A stretch of DNA of 64,000 bases from Octopus bimaculoides (lineage: Eukaryota), in NCBI RefSeq assembly GCF_001194135.2, contig NC_068999.1, positions 1,182,868-1,246,867 of the forward strand. Direction: 5' to 3'. This document shows positions 39,950 to 52,539 of this stretch, piece by piece. The number at the start of each line of letters is the position of its first letter. Position 1 is the stretch's first letter. Below the pieces are notes generated by a model. It was not told where the DNA came from, searched no databases, and saw nothing but the letters and a program-made list of their open reading frames with translations. Made by a program: the position numbers and the translations under genes.

Positions 39950-40345
39950 TGTCCCCTTTCCCCCACCAGAATTGGCTCGGGCAGAGCATTTCGGCAATTG
40001 TTCAGGGGTCGCAGGAAGATATTCAAATGCTTCTTGGGAGAATTTTCGCATCTTGAGCCAACGCATCCCTAGCTCACTCCTTGGCGGTTTCTGGCAGCAG
40101 ACAGAGCACTTCACAATTGGCTTTCCTCCCTTCCACAAAAAGCGGAAAAGGATACTCTCGAATTTGTTCAGCCGCAAATCGGGGAAAGGCACCACGGTCA
40201 AACAGTAGGTGATTAATGATGCTATAAACATCTGCATCAACTCCGCCCTCCCTAGCAAGGATAACGCCCGCCCAGACCAGGTCAGTGATAGAGCAGTCAC
40301 CTTGCTGGCCACCTCAATCTTTACTCGTTACAGGTGTCGTTGGAA
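39950..40345 (-). mobile_element. L1/Tx1-clade LINE ORF2 fragment (post-RT region)
   Basis: WSGRALSLLGRAELMQMFIASLITYCLTVVPFPDLRLNKFESILFRFLWKGGKPIVKCSVCCQKPPRSELGM matches the W..R.LS..GR..L...FLW.G.....GGLG motif string of L1/Tx1 ORF2. Confidence 0.85.
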
Positions 40346-40490
40346 CTGACCTCGCCACACGTGTGTCAGCTCATCCCTCGTCCTTCTTTAGATAATTTGG
40401 CAGATCTAGAATTCTCCAAATGTCCTTTTGATGTCTTTCTTTCAGTTGCCTGTATAGGGTTTCCCCTGTGCAGGCACATCTCTCCTTAAG

Positions 40491-40990
40491 GTCCTTGTGC
40501 ATAGCATACAGTCTTGTCGTGTAACCTCGAGTCGACGAAAGCCTTGTGAGTGGATTTCATACACGGAAACTGAAAGTACTTCCATTGTGTATACATCATC
40601 TCATTTATCTCACCTAGTTAGTCCCATATGACGCCCGAAGACTCTTTTCACATGTTTACCTCATTCATCTCGATCTTCCACAATGGTCCTCAGTTCCTTT
40701 ACCCCTTCCATACAAATACCCTGCTGCAAGTTGTCGATATAGGTCGTCTTCCCTCCTTCCTCTCTTGGTTCTTCCTCCTGTTGTATGCCAGAGCAACAGC
40801 TTGTTAGCAATTTCATCGGTGTGTCTGATGCAGTGTCCAGCTAGCTTCATTCTTCTGTGCTGTTTCTTCAATGCTAACGATGGATTATGTACTAGGCTTA
40901 GAAAGAACAGGTCCTGGGGTCGATTTGTTCGACTAAAGATGTTGTTTCAGCATGGCCACAGTGAAATGTCTGAAACAAGTAAAATAAATA
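40491..40990 (+). mobile_element. SINE family B split by an RTE insertion (halves 40491-40593 and 40872-40990)
   Basis: 5' half GTCGACGAAAGCCTTGTGAGTGGATTT...CGGAAACTGAAAG; 3' half GTACTAGGCTTAGAAAGAACAGGTCCTGGGGTCGATTTG...CAGCATGGCCACAGT...CTGAAACAAGTAAAA. Confidence 0.75.
40594..40871 (-). mobile_element. RTE-clade LINE 3' fragment with short-repeat tail
   Basis: RRMKLAGHCIRHTDEIANKLLLW...KRGRR, then after a frameshift KTTYIDNLQQ...KELRTIVEDRDE*, then a TGAGATAAATGAGATGATG tail; typical RTE C-terminus. Confidence 0.85.
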
Positions 40991-42088
40991 TATCTCTAGG
41001 TATAAACATTCATTCATACATAGATGCTTTCATAGAGTGAAAGATATAGTGGGAGAGAGACATATATGTACGAAATAAATCAGAAAACATTTCGAAACCA
41101 ATTGGTTGAAGGGTTAAATATATCCGCTTGTGAAAATGTTCTTTATTTAACTCTAATTTCGCCAATCATGAATCTACGCGAATTGAATTAAAAGCAATCT
41201 TGTTGCATAAATTTATTTTATTTGGTTCATTTCGTTTTTCTTTTTCCTATCAATTTTGTTTGGTTTGCTTTTTGTATGTTCTTTTTGTATTTTTATTTAT
41301 TTTTTTCGGTTATTTGCACTGTTTATTAAATATGCCACACGATGATGCATTTCGTGCACGAAAAATATAGAAAATAACTCCGAAAATATAGAAAAAAAGA
41401 AACACAAGCTAAAAGAGCTAAATTTCATAATCTAAACACAAATAATCGAACACAGGGAATCTCCAAAAAAGGCGGGAAAATAAAATATATATAAAAAAAA
41501 AGCACAAGGGGAAAACTTGTGTGAATTATAATAGCAAAATCAAAAATGTTTACAAAAAACAAAAGGGTTAATAATATTTGCGTTGTTAATAGGAGAATTT
41601 AAAATATTCTAAGCAGGCACATAATGCAAATAATTGTAATGTTAAAAGCGCGTTGAGGAAATTGAACAAACGTCAACAGAACATTCTTTTATTCAGGAGG
41701 AAAAAAAGTAAAGAGAAAATGGCGCCTTTCGGAATAAGATGACGGCATTATTCTTCTAAATGTAATGATTGTCTACGAAGAAAAGGAAAACAAACGAAAC
41801 ATATATAGGAGAGGCATCTGCACTTCCTCAATTATACAACAACTCATACTGCAATATTCATACGTCTTCGAAAACTATTATGCTTTGTGCACTGCAAACA
41901 TTTTAATTATATAAAAGGCTTGTGTTGTTTTTTGATGTTTGCGTTTGTATTTGGTTATTTGTGTTCTAATGAATTTTTAGATTAAGTTTTTTACCGGAAT
42001 AATCACCCAGTTTTAATTCAATGTGCATAGATTCGTATACATATATACATATAAATCTATATACACACGTGCAATTAGATATACACAA

Positions 42089-42141
<53 letters not shown>

Positions 42142-42177
42142 AACCTACCTACCTGAAAGCAGTTAGAGTATTACCAA

Positions 42178-42194
42178 TAGTAGTAGTAGTTGTT

Positions 42195-42262
<68 letters not shown>
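42178..42262. repeat. (TAG)n microsatellite
   Basis: Direct reading. Confidence 0.95.
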
Positions 42263-42263
<1 letters not shown>

Positions 42264-43813
42264 AAAATAAACTTAGTGTCCACAAGTATTTTGCAAATAG
42301 ACATTATTGATTGTTTATTTGTTTTTACTGTTTTTATACGTTGCCTTTTCTTATTAAATAAACGAAAAAAACTGCAACACGTGACTTAGAAACGAATTCA
42401 CTTCTTTATATTACCCATGTTCTGTTTCATGGAATCGCTTCCAATATGATGGCCGTACATGTTGTTGCTGTCAATATTTTTCCATATCTGTCGACATATT
42501 TCTCTCATGTGTCTCTGTACGACACTTGATGTATTTCCCAAAATATATTAGACATTTAATTAGTGAAAATATGTAAGTGTGAATAAAAATATAAAAAACA
42601 TACAGCTCCAAACATATCCTGCATTTAACCACAACGTTATTTTTGTTTAAGGACATTATATTATTGTGTGTGTAGCCAAGTAAATTAAACATATTGGCTA
42701 TATGTAAGTATGTGTGAGTGTGTATATATGCGCTGGTGTGTGCATATATATATATATACACACACAAACACACACATACTTACACATAAATATTTGTCTA
42801 TATATGTGTGTTCTCTCCATGCGACTGCCTGCGTATTGTTGCTACATATTTAAATATATACACACATATACACTCATTCACACGCACATACTCACACATA
42901 CATGCACATATATACATATGTAAGTATCTTCATATCTACATGTATATATATGTATGTATATATGTGTGTATACGTATGAGTTTTATATGTGCGTTTACAC
43001 ATACGCACAAAAACACACACGCATATGCACACATATTTGTATGCAAAATTTTCTTTTTTTTATAGATGCTTTTGTATTTGTTAGTTGTTTCAGCTAGTTT
43101 AACTGGCAGTACATCTAGGCAATTATTCAACTAGACCAAACTCAATAGCGCTTAAGAATAATCGATGAAAATGATGAGATGCATTATAAATGATGTATTA
43201 ATTGACTTGGCAATAGAATAGACATTTGGAATATTCAAATGTGCACGTATGTACTGATGCAGCAGTGTCCAAGAAAATCATTAGCTTTTAAAGGCAGCCA
43301 AGTGCCAAAAAACATAATAAAACAAAAAAGAAAAAAAGAAACTCATTAACAAATGACAACTATTAACTTACTTGTATGTAAAATAGGTTTTCAATTTATA
43401 TTTAACGGGCATAAATAATCTGCAAAATAAGGGATGAGTTGTTATTTAAATATGTAAGAGGAAAAACATAATTGCTGTAAAGAAACGTAAGTATATATAT
43501 TGAGAATTATATTCATTCAGGCACGTGACTTTAATAAAAGATGGTTGAATAAAACACGAATATTTCTTATTTTCCGCCCTTCGGCAGATGAATCGATTTT
43601 CGTTAAATGCAGATATAATTGAAAGGAAACAATCGATGATTAATAGGGGAACTATATACAGAGAGGCGAAAATTGAAGCTTTGACTATTTCCGAAGAATA
43701 TAATCCAGTTCAACAGTCGCACGGTGAATCGCTTTCACTTGTCTCTATTTATGTTTTGAGTTCACATTGCGTTGCAATTCTTTTTGAGCCTCCATTTTCA
43801 TTGTTTCAAATCT

Positions 43814-43980
43814 AGCAGCATTTCCTGTAGCTCTTCACGTTCTGACTTTACATTTCGCACAATTCACCTTTGTCTTTTGGTGTCGATAAAATGAATATCA
43901 GTCGAACACTTTACTTGGTGCAACTGATTATCACGTCCATCAACATTTCAGGCGTTGTGCCTTCAGTAGAACGGAATATT
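43814..43980 (+). mobile_element. SINE family A
   Basis: TCTTCACGTTCTGAC...TTTGGTGTCGATAAAATGAATATCAGT...GGCGTTGTGCC is homologous to 5933-6105. Confidence 0.65.
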
Positions 43981-44034
43981 ATTATTATTATTATTATTAT
44001 ATGTATGTATGTATATATGCATATATATGTATGC

Positions 44035-44065
<31 letters not shown>

Positions 44066-46359
44066 CGTATTTCGTTTTTGGTTTGGTTTGCAAGATTCTT
44101 TATGTGAGTTCGTGTGTTGAAGCATATTTTGTTGTGTCCGGGGAGAATAATTCACTTTTAGTGCCTTAAAATTTACTACACTCACTTTATTTTTCTAAAA
44201 TTTTCGTTGTGTCTTACAACCTCTTCTATAGAGTCAAAACTATATATATATATATATATATATATCCACTATGTTAATTTATGCACATACACAGCTTTCT
44301 CTCTTTCATTTTCCTCTCGCTCCCATTCTCCATCTTCGTGAAGTTATATATATATATATAAATAAATACATAATATACAGCCAAAGGGAGAGATAGAGAG
44401 GGACAGAGAGGGATCATAAATGTTGCGTGTGAATAGAAAGAGTCATTGAAGAGAGAATATTTCGAGAAATACAAAGGGGATTTGGCGAACGTACAACTGC
44501 TGTTTGACACCTCCACTTCTGAGAACCGCATCGGCCATGTTACAAACCTCTCGATACCAGTTCATCTTCTCTACTGAAACAAGCAGCACATTTTGAAAAC
44601 ATGCAAAATTCTAATCTATATTTTCTTATTAACACTATGGATCGTCCTGTTATAGAATATCAATGTTAGATATAGTGGATACCCCTATGGTAAGAAATCT
44701 ATATATCCAAGTTTGTGTTATCGCCGACGTGAGAGTGCCGTGTGAAAATCAATACACACGTGTGCGCATTAACGTATATATATATATATATNNNNNNNNN
44801 NNNNNNNNNNNNNNNNNNNNNNNNNNNNNNNNNNNNNNNNNNNNNNNNNNNNNNNNNNNNNNNNNNNNNNNNNNNNNNNNNNNNNNNNNNNNNNNNNNNN
44901 NNNNNNNNNNNNNNNNNNNNNNNNNNNNNNNNNNNNNNNNNNNNNNNNNNNNNNNNNNNNNNNNNNNNNNNNNNNNNNNNNNNNNNNNNNNNNNNNNNNN
45001 NNNNNNNNNNNNNNNNNNNNNNNNNNNNNNNNNNNNNNNNNNNNNNNNNNNNNNNNNNNNNNNNNNNNNNNNNNNNNNNNNNNNNNNNNNNNNNNNNNNN
45101 NNNNNNNNNNNNNNNNNNNNNNNNNNNNNNNNNNNNNNNNNNNNNNNNNNNNNNNNNNNNNNNNNNNNNNNNNNNNNNNNNNNNNNNNNNNNNNNNNNNN
45201 NNNNNNNNNNNNNNNNNNNNNNNNNNNNNNNNNNNNNNNNNNNNNNNNNNNNNNNNNNNNNNNNNNNNNNNNNTATATATATATGTGTGTATATATATAT
45301 AGACATATATATTTACACGCATAAATGTTCTGGAACTTTTCCAAAATGGTTCCTGAAAGAAAGCAGTTGTAAATGTTTTTTGTTTTTGATATTTTTGCGT
45401 TTTTTTTTCTTTGTTCCATTCATTCCTCCATTTTATTATTATTATTATTTTTCGTCGGCTTCTACTTATTTTTTATTTGTTTTTTGTTTTTTTGCTTTCA
45501 TTTCTTCTTTGACTGCGTTTATTAATCACATGAGGCTCTGACAAGAAAAGAGAGCCAACCTTACCACAGATAACCCAAATAAATGTGATTTCGATTATTA
45601 TTTAGTTTCTCTTTTGTGTTTCTTTCTTTGTTTTATGATCTCGGTTTTTTAGCGATCGTTTATATATTTTTACCTTTTATTTTATCTTATATGTCTGTTT
45701 TGAATTTTTTTCTTTTTTTTTTTCAATTCTTTAGTTACAAATTTGTTTTATTTCAAAGTAAGTACGTCCAAATGATTGTGATCATAAAATGAAATTGTTT
45801 TGCCTAAAGAAAAAAAATCTAAATCTATATCGCTCCACTTAAGGTGCCTTTAGGAAAATATTACTGTATCATTTACATACATAATGCGTAGCCATGTTTT
45901 GTTTTAAAATGGTCGCTCTGAGAACGTATATTCAATATTGTAATAATGATGAGTTTCAACATTAAAAGCACTCTGATAACTTCGTAGAACAGAGAACATA
46001 ACGCATGTTATGATTTTGTGTCACACAAGCCCACATAATTTTAGCCTCGTCCACACATACATTAATATGCACTCGTCTCCTTTCACGCATAAACACACAC
46101 GCACACACCATTCTTAGATGCGCTTAAGCGCTTAAGCGCTTAAGTTCGCTAGACCAGGCCAGTCACTGTTATTATCTCCCCTTCACTCATCCAGTCATTT
46201 CATTATGTTGAAACGTTAAACCATAGACGTGTTTTCTCTCTCCGATTTTTTCGTTCCCTCCCCATTTTCCCTCTCCACTCTTTTTGTCGAAGTGCGTAGG
46301 CTGGAAAGGTCAAAGACGTTTTCGTGTTCAGCGTCTTCAGCGTCTATTTAATCCATTTC

Positions 46360-46407
<48 letters not shown>

Positions 46408-47593
46408 CGTGTGTGTGTATATATAAATGTGTTAGGGTAGGCATAAAAACAATGCGTCTCTTCACGTCTTTCTGCAACAATTTGTTCTTCTCTGTCTTCG
46501 CTAGCATCAGCATCGTTCAACCTTCCAAGAGATTTAAAGTTACTATTCTCCACCTTCGTATTTAAATTTTGACAATCATAAACAAACACTGTTGTCGCAA
46601 TGCATTTAACAATAAGTGAAGACTTGAATGATTCACATTCAATATTTAAATTTAAGAAGATTTACAAAGATTTATTTTTATTATCATTTTGAACTGAATA
46701 AACACTTAACATACTGGAAAGGAGAGAAGACTATTAACTATGATCATGAGACTTAGAAGTTGTTTTATTTTTCGATTATGTGAGTTTACAAATGAGTTTT
46801 GTAGTAGAAAAGATAAGTAATGAATAGATTAAATATTTTGGTTTATGTGAGAGATTTAAAATGCTCTCTTATCTTAAAATACTTAGGAATTTGAAAGCAA
46901 TCGTGCTTTTCTGAGATTTTCTTTTTGTCCTCTTGAGAATTCCATGATTTCTCTGTTTAAGGATTTATATCAGTAACTGAATGGGTGTGTAAAATAATAT
47001 TATTACAAACTTGGCCAACATCTGCCATTGCAGAGCTGCTGAATGTGTAATATGAAAATCTTTTGTAACGTTAAATGTCTGAGGTAACCGTGATCTTTTT
47101 TTCAAACATCAATGTGTTCCAGATACAGCTTAGCTCCAGATTAGCCCTAAATCAACAGAACAATCATCAAAAACAATTCATGTGTGACCATCTGATTTTT
47201 GCAAGGTAATGTGTAACAAAAATTCCGTTAACCGTTGAGTACTTGTATTTCTCTATTTGAAGGAAATATTGTTGCTATGTATATCTGGTTGAGCACCCAC
47301 TTAGATTATAGAAAATCTGTTTCTCTTCGTTTCATCAGCTTCGGTCTTTATTAAACGTGTACTGGTATATGATTTCGGGATTATACAATCAAATGTCTTC
47401 TACTTTCTCACGGATATTGGCCGAATTGTTCAGGTATTTGTTAAATATTTAACTTTCTCATATTTAAGTTTACTATTTCAAAAGTTGCCAACGTAGATTC
47501 TATTTCCCCCTGTTCACATCGCTTACACATCGATCACATAAGTAGTTAAATTTAACATATTTTTGTTGCTATTTTTATTTGGCCAATATTCTC

Positions 47594-47628
47594 TGGCAAC
47601 AGAATATAACGTGGCAACAGAATATAAC
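47594..47628. repeat. 18-bp tandem duplication
   Basis: TGGCAACAGAATATAAC at 47594 and 47612. Confidence 0.85.
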
Positions 47629-47737
47629 ATACATACAAATATATATAAATACATACATTAATACGTGCAGATATACATACACACATACATATATATGTAT
47701 GTATTTAGAAGTGCTTTCTTGTATTTGTGCTTGTCAC

Positions 47738-47790
<53 letters not shown>

Positions 47791-47813
47791 ACACACCGCT
47801 TCACAATCGGCAT

Positions 47814-47975
47814 GAGTTTATTTACGTTCCCATAAAATAGCGATTCGACAAAAAGGACTCGATGGAATAAGGACTAGACTTTAAAAGAGTACTGGGATCG
47901 ATTTGTTTGGTTTAGCTATTCAAAGGGTTGCTGCAGCATGGCCGTGGTCCGATGAGCGAAACAAAGAAAAAAATA
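47814..47975 (+). mobile_element. SINE family B, 3' half
   Basis: TAGCGATTCGACAAAAAGG...GGGATCGATTTGTTTG...GCAGCATGGCCG...GAAACAAAG; compare 5717-5862. Confidence 0.7.
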
Positions 47976-48534
47976 GCTACCAACGTTTTCGTATGCCAAT
48001 TCCTATTACATTGGCGGTGTATTGCGTAGGGCCTTCAGAGACCAAATTTAAATTTAAGAAGAGTTAAGCATATTTCCTTAATTTATGTGTTCAGTGGGAT
48101 ATACACAGGAATTATTTGGAAGAAAGCCAACAGCTCCAGAAGACTTAGGAGGAGATTTTTAACGGCTTATTTGTTCTATATTCGTAGAGTTTGCAAATGT
48201 GTTACGTAATAAAATACTTATTTAATACAAACAATAAATACAAATAAATGATTTCTGTGTCTACAGTTGTAAGCATTTCTAAGGTTGGATCCGTTATTAG
48301 AGAGTAGTCATTGTAAAGGAAAGAAATATTCTCTTTTGTTCAACTATGGGGTTAATCTCTAAAAGATTCGTATTAAATAACAGTTGGTTAAAAAAGAAAA
48401 ACGAACTACGATTAAGCATACAAAGAATAATTAGAAAATATATGGAGGGACGCTAAAGTTTCGCGATCCATACCTAAGCATGTATGTAGGAATATATCTA
48501 TGAATATTGTTATGTATTTATCTGTCTATCTACC

Positions 48535-48545
48535 TCTCCATCTAC

Positions 48546-48600
<55 letters not shown>

Positions 48601-48611
48601 CCTGTCTATTT

Positions 48612-48695
<84 letters not shown>

Positions 48696-48725
48696 ATATA
48701 TATATATACAGAGAGAGAGAGAGAG
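48535..48725. repeat. (TATC)n, (TC)n and (GA)n compound microsatellite
   Basis: Direct reading. Confidence 0.95.
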
Positions 48726-49131
48726 AGATACATATATATGTATATATACATATATATGCGTATATATAGATACATATATACACACACACACATATGTATA
48801 TATATATATATATATATATAAGTAAAATAAGACAAGGTAGTAAAAATGCTAAAATAATTTTACCATGAAGAACAATTTCTTACCGGTTTCAGTCTTTCAG
48901 ACTTTTAAAACTTTGAGTAAAGCATGATTAAATTGTGGAAAAACTAAATGAAATCTTTTTTGAAATATTTCCATGGTTTTCAAACACACGGGACATTTTC
49001 CTACTTTTATGTTTGTCTCTTGTTTTTACTCGTGTGAAGGCTTGATAGCAGGTAGTCACTAGTAACAGTCCTAAAAGAATATTAAATATTTTCCTTATAC
49101 ATATCAACTCGTATGCTCTTTTCCAACCTTC

Positions 49132-49171
<40 letters not shown>

Positions 49172-49764
49172 AGGGTACAAGATGGCACACAGCATTGCTA
49201 AAAATATTAGTCAACATGGCTCAAAAACCAAAGTTATTAATTATACACACTAGTGAATTCAAGGAAAAGAGTAAAGCCAACTTACCAAATACCGACTAAA
49301 AGTCGCAAATGATTTTTAATGTATAATTGATAACTGTGGGTTTTTTTTGTTTTTTTTCTCAAAAGTTACCGGACGTGAACGACACCCCAACCCGCAAAAT
49401 AAAAAAAAACCCTCTGCATCGCAGTATGAGACACCAAGATCGAACGCCTTGTAATTAATCACGTAGTGTATATGAATGTTATATTACCATTGCAAGTTGA
49501 AGGTAATCCTCTCGTTGTTTGTACAGTCATGCTACATTAACCAAATGACAGAGATCCTATCAGTGGCTTCAGCTGCTACTAGTATCTACAAAAATCTCTA
49601 TTTTTCTTCTCTTTTTTTTACACTCATGCGGTGAACTAAAACTGGTGTTAGCTCTAAGCCTGCTGAAAATAGTGTATACGCTTTGTAACCACAAATTAAC
49701 TGTTATCTGAGCGTTCAAACGCTGCTAGAAATATCTAAGAAGTTCGCTTCTCAACTGTGTGCTT

Positions 49765-49915
49765 CTGGCTTCAGTTTCACTACGTGATACATTCGGCAAA
49801 TGGCTTTCTCTACAGCCGTGAGCCGACTGAGGTCCCGTTAAAGAATTTCGGAGACACGGACTGTATGGAAGCTGTCAGATGTATTTATATGTATGTTGTG
49901 TGTGTGTGTGTTCAT
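49765..49915 (+). mobile_element. SINE family B, 5' half
   Basis: GGCTTCAGTTTCACTACGTG...GGCAAATGGCTTTCTCTACAGCC...GCCGAC...CACGGACTGTATGGAAGC parallels 40491-40593. Confidence 0.55.
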
Positions 49916-51119
49916 AGAACATAATTAAGATATCACGCATTGGGATTGAACCTGGTACTTTATTTCTGCTAAGAGTATTCCTCAACCACGTGACCATATC
50001 TACGGCGCCAATTCAATTAACGTGCATCTTGATGGATATCTTTGAAAATACTTGCAACTGCAATTCCAATTTTCAATATTCTTGAATGTTGCTTTTAGAT
50101 TAGTTAATTAGAGATCTAGTTAACTAAAGATTACAACTCATTAATTTCTCGGCTATTATTTTAGAAGGGAATCAGCTAGCTTAAATGTTAATTATGCATG
50201 TGTGTGTATGTGTGTGTTCGTGTGTGCATGCGTGTGCATGTATCTATGCATGTCTGAGATTATGCGTATGTATGTATGTTATTTCTGTACATAAGTGTAT
50301 GTATGCATGTCTTTGTGTACATATGTGTACGTATGCATAGCCTTATATGCTTGTATATAAGTGCCGTGAATGTGCATTTTGTGCTCAAATGTGTCTTCAT
50401 ATACATGTGTCTGAGTATACTTATGTGTATGTGTATCTGTGTCTGTATCGGATATGTGTATGTGCGTATGCGTATGTGCATGTAGGCGTAAGGTATTGTG
50501 TATACCTGCGTATCTATGAGTTCCTGTATGCGTGTATATGCACAGGTATACGTATGAAAAATAATCATTATACTTATATTAAAAAATAAAAAATATTTTC
50601 TTCTCTTCCTGGAAGCGTCTTTCTATGGCGGACGAATTATTCTGCATCTGACGCATGTTACGTTGGCAGGATTTACCAATAATTGCATTCCCATATAGGT
50701 TAAATAGCGAATATCATCAAAAAGATGTCATCCCTATTACAATAAGTCTTGATGGAGTACACCTCTGATCAAAGTCATTCAAATTATGACCATCCGGCCT
50801 TTATAGCGATTTATGGATCTCCTCTGTAGTGGTGAGATGGTAGTGTCGTGGATAGTGCGTCAGATATAATGTAACGTTATATATTTCCCGGCTCCGAAGT
50901 CCCATATTTCAGATCAACCTCTACTTTCTTACTTCAGAAGTTGATAATCACCCGCACACTTCTCCACTCTCTTTTTCTGCCTTTCCCTTGCTATAGTCTC
51001 TGCGAATGTCAGTAAACTGTTGCCAGCCTTTGTAAAATATTATACATAAAATTTATAATTTCCAGTTCTTTCATAATTGTTTCGGTAAGAGAGAAGTGGT
51101 TTAGCAGAATCAATGGCTT

Positions 51120-51285
51120 CTCAGAAACATACCTTGTTAAATTCCATTTACCTTTCTGAGAACACTTCCATTCTTTCGGGGGTTGATACAAAGAAGTACC
51201 GGTGATATACTGAGGATAACAGTAACATCTAGTAACTTCCCTTTGAAAACTTTGGCATCGTGGCTTATAGAGGAACATTTCTAGC
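51120..51285 (+). mobile_element. SINE family A, decayed 3' part
   Basis: CATTCTTTCGGGGGGTTGATACAAAGAAGTACCGGTG...ACTGAGG matches the family A central block. Confidence 0.5.
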
Positions 51286-51686
51286 TTTGGCAAGTAAGTT
51301 AAAATCAATACTTCGCTGATGAGGTCCGAATAATGTAGAGTATTAGTCAGAGTTGTTCACCTTACGAGAAATAATGAAAATAGATTTTAGTATTGATATT
51401 CAAGGTTTTTGCTTTTATTTCCCAATGTGAATATTTCTCTTAAACATTTATAATTCCTAAATATCTGTTTAGAAAATTTTCAATTGTTTTTAAACCAAGA
51501 TTACCTGACTATCCACATTTATTCAAGATGACCAATCGATAATTCAACTGATTGAGTGCGTAGCGAAATTTATGAATGAGCGTAGTATTCCGTTTCATTT
51601 CGTAGTTTTGATGACTTTACGAACCCAGCGACAGATCGATTTCGTAAAGAAATAACATACACATTCACACACACACATACATTTAC

Positions 51687-51726
<40 letters not shown>

Positions 51727-52240
51727 NNNNNNNNNNNNNNNNNNNNNNNNNNNNNNNNNNNNNNNNNNNNNNNNNNNNNNNNNNNNNNNNNNNNNNNNNN
51801 NNNNNNNNNNNNNNNNNNNNNNNNNNTATATATATACATATATGTATGTATATATATATATATATATATATACATATGCGAGCGCGCGCGTAAGTGTAGA
51901 GGCATTTATTTCTTTGAAGCAGTCGAAAACTAGACTCGGTAGCATTTTCTGGTTTTGACGTTCCTTACAATTAAATTATGTAACACAATAGAGAGAGAGG
52001 GGGGAACCTGGAAGAGAAGAAGAAAACGAAGAAGTGGAGGAGACGGAAAGAGAGGTGTCTGATGAAGGACGAGATTCTGGCAGCCGTTGTTCGATTATCG
52101 ATATGAAGGTAAACGGTCTTTCAATTTGAGACTTATCATTGGTTCACCGCCATTTTCTGCACACTTCTGTTGTTGATACATAAACACACGCACACACGTG
52201 TGTGGGTATAAATGTACGTATATAAAGCTACATATATATG

Positions 52241-52493
52241 AAAAGATAAAAGATCCTTATTGAGGGATATAGACTCATGGGCTGATTTCCCTGCAACTGT
52301 GGAGGGATATAAAGCTCAATGCGTGCGATGTTGGTCCGTCGCAGGGTTAACCCATGTTTTGTCAACTGATTGGACTGGAGCTAAGTGAAATGAAGTATCT
52401 TGCTCAAGAACACAACGCGTAACCCGGTCCAGGAATCGAAGCCACAATTTTACGATCATCACTCTACAACTCTGACCACTAAACCTCACGCCT

Positions 52494-52498
<5 letters not shown>
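52241..52498 (-). mobile_element. tRNA-derived SINE, family C
   Basis: Minus strand starts TGTGGAGGCGTGAGGTTTAGTGG (A-box-like) and GCTTCGATTCC (B-box-like, 52432-52442), then TGTGTTCTTGAGCAAGATAC; no complete cloverleaf. Confidence 0.8.

Positions 52499-52539
<41 letters not shown>

Noticed and set aside
52059-52092. CTGATGAAGG...CAGCCGTTG hammerhead look-alike
   Set aside because: Lacks GAAA and a pairing stem II; lies in purine-rich low-complexity sequence.
52400-52498. Possible tRNA gene
   Set aside because: Only A/B-box-like head motifs followed by SINE body; no acceptor stem or full cloverleaf.
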